From positions 7,570 through 71,569 of the forward strand of contig JBGQEL010000007.1 in the NCBI GenBank assembly GCA_041496385.1: a stretch of 64,000 bases of DNA, written 5' to 3'. The position numbers were made by a program, and so were the translations under genes. This document shows positions 63,489 to 64,000 of the stretch, one piece after another. Each line of letters opens with the position of its first letter. Position 1 is the first letter of the stretch. A model generated the notes under the pieces. That model saw only the letters and a program-made list of their open reading frames with translations. It did not search any database and had not been told where the DNA came from. This stretch comes from Candidatus Methylomirabilia bacterium (GTDB lineage Bacteria; Methylomirabilota; Methylomirabilia; Rokubacteriales; CSP1-6).

Positions 63489-64000
63489 ATGAATCGATTC
63501 CCGGGCATGGGCCGCCGGATCCGCCAGCGGCTCAAGGTGACCGGCTACTGGAAGAGCGGCCGTCCGGACATTGCCCGCTTCTGCGTCGACAAGTCTTACC
63601 GGCCCCAGTATCTTTACGCCTGGCTCGGTGACCGGGTGCCGAGCTACGAGAACCTCGTCCGCCTCGCGCGGGACCTGAACGTCCCGCCGGAGTGGGTCAT
63701 GTTCGGGACCGGGGCGACCGAGCGCTCGCCGCGGCCCGAGGGCGGGGAGGGGTCGAAGGCTTCGCCGCGGGCCCAGATCATCGACTTCACCCGCCTGCGA
63801 GAGGTCACGAGCCGGCTCGTCCGGCTCGAAGCCGAGCTCGAGGCGATCTTCCGCGCCTTCCCCGACTTCTACTTCTGGCTCGACGCCGACGGAACCTTCC
63901 TCGCCTGGCAGGGCGGGCGAGGCTCCGAGCTGCACGTGTCCCCGGATCTCATGCTCGGCAAGAGGATCGCCGACGCCTTTCCCGCGGAGGCCGCGCTGCC
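63489..64000 (+). CDS. XRE-family HTH plus PAS-domain transcriptional regulator (partial; 3' end outside window)
   Basis: Open frame from the ATG at 63489 to the window end (absent from the ORF track because it has no stop). HTH_XRE-like block GYWKSGRPDIARFCVDKSYRPQYLYAWLGDRVPSYENLVRLARDLNVPPEWVMFG. A PAS-like block follows (FPDFYFWLDADGTFLAWQGG). Confidence 0.6.
   Translation, partial: MNRFPGMGRRIRQRLKVTGYWKSGRPDIARFCVDKSYRPQYLYAWLGDRVPSYENLVRLARDLNVPPEWVMFGTGATERSPRPEGGEGSKASPRAQIIDFTRLREVTSRLVRLEAELEAIFRAFPDFYFWLDADGTFLAWQGGRGSELHVSPDLMLGKRIADAFPAEAAL

Noticed and set aside
1-64000. Mobile elements, integrases, transposases, phage genes, tRNA and rRNA genes, CRISPR-cas.
   Set aside because: I scanned both strands and found no ORF with transposase or integrase motifs (DDE, Tyr-recombinase RHRY), no terminal inverted repeats flanking a gene block, and no tRNA-like cloverleaf or rRNA signatures. 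The only compositional anomalies are short AT-rich promoter-like spacers at 57840-57990 and 63330-63470.

Overview
This is a very high-GC (about 70%) bacterial chromosomal segment, densely packed with protein-coding genes on both strands. Many genes are translationally coupled by GTGA/ATGA overlaps. I found no rRNA, tRNA, CRISPR array, transposase or integrase. I support about 65 CDS and list them as features.

Main contents, in order:
- A partial metF, an amidase and a D-aminoacylase.
- Two sigma-54 regulatory modules.
  - Module 1: a sensor histidine kinase with three GAF domains, a PAS and a kinase domain, plus an NtrC-type activator. A near-consensus -24/-12 promoter follows, driving a small receiver-like protein and a tiny membrane protein.
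  - Module 2: a CbrA-like sensor kinase fused to a sodium:solute symporter (SSS) domain, with an NtrC-type activator and a preceding small membrane subunit. A -24/-12 promoter follows, driving an MFS transporter of the MHS family.
- An RRM-type RNA-binding protein followed by a tandem 47-bp repeat.
- An unusual DUF169 domain fused to a URO-D/MtaA-like methyltransferase.
- An ACT-malic enzyme, a DksA/TraR protein, PlsC, an IlvA-type threonine dehydratase, an isoaspartyl peptidase, a UDG, a VOC protein, HtrA and a pair of M16 peptidases.
- A Tim44-like protein next to an AsmA-family protein.
- Citrate synthase, a GT2 glycosyltransferase, a Gfo/Idh/MocA oxidoreductase, DapF and a LOG-family protein.
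- A sensor with a 5TM LytS-like domain, a PAS and a HisKA domain but no ATPase domain.
- An operon of an F420-type LLM oxidoreductase with a crotonyl-CoA carboxylase/reductase.
- A MATE exporter with a divergent HxlR regulator.
- An operon of nitronate monooxygenase, an acyl-CoA ligase and an amidohydrolase.
- A GntR-controlled cluster of a PqqC-like protein, a Rieske ferredoxin and GlcG, divergent from a gentisate-1,2-dioxygenase-like bicupin.
- A tandem triplication of GAF-GGDEF diguanylate cyclases, one of them degenerate, divergent from a large hypothetical protein across an AT-rich spacer.
- An aromatic ring-cleavage operon (cupin, LigA, LigB, formamidase) coupled to two F420-class enzymes, with a divergent HTH-PAS regulator cut off by the window end.

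Hunt findings centre on the two sigma-54 circuits, the DUF169/URO-D fusion, the ATPase-less sensor, the PqqC-like/Rieske/GlcG cluster, the GGDEF triplication with its NucS-like neighbour, and the F420-linked ring-cleavage operon.
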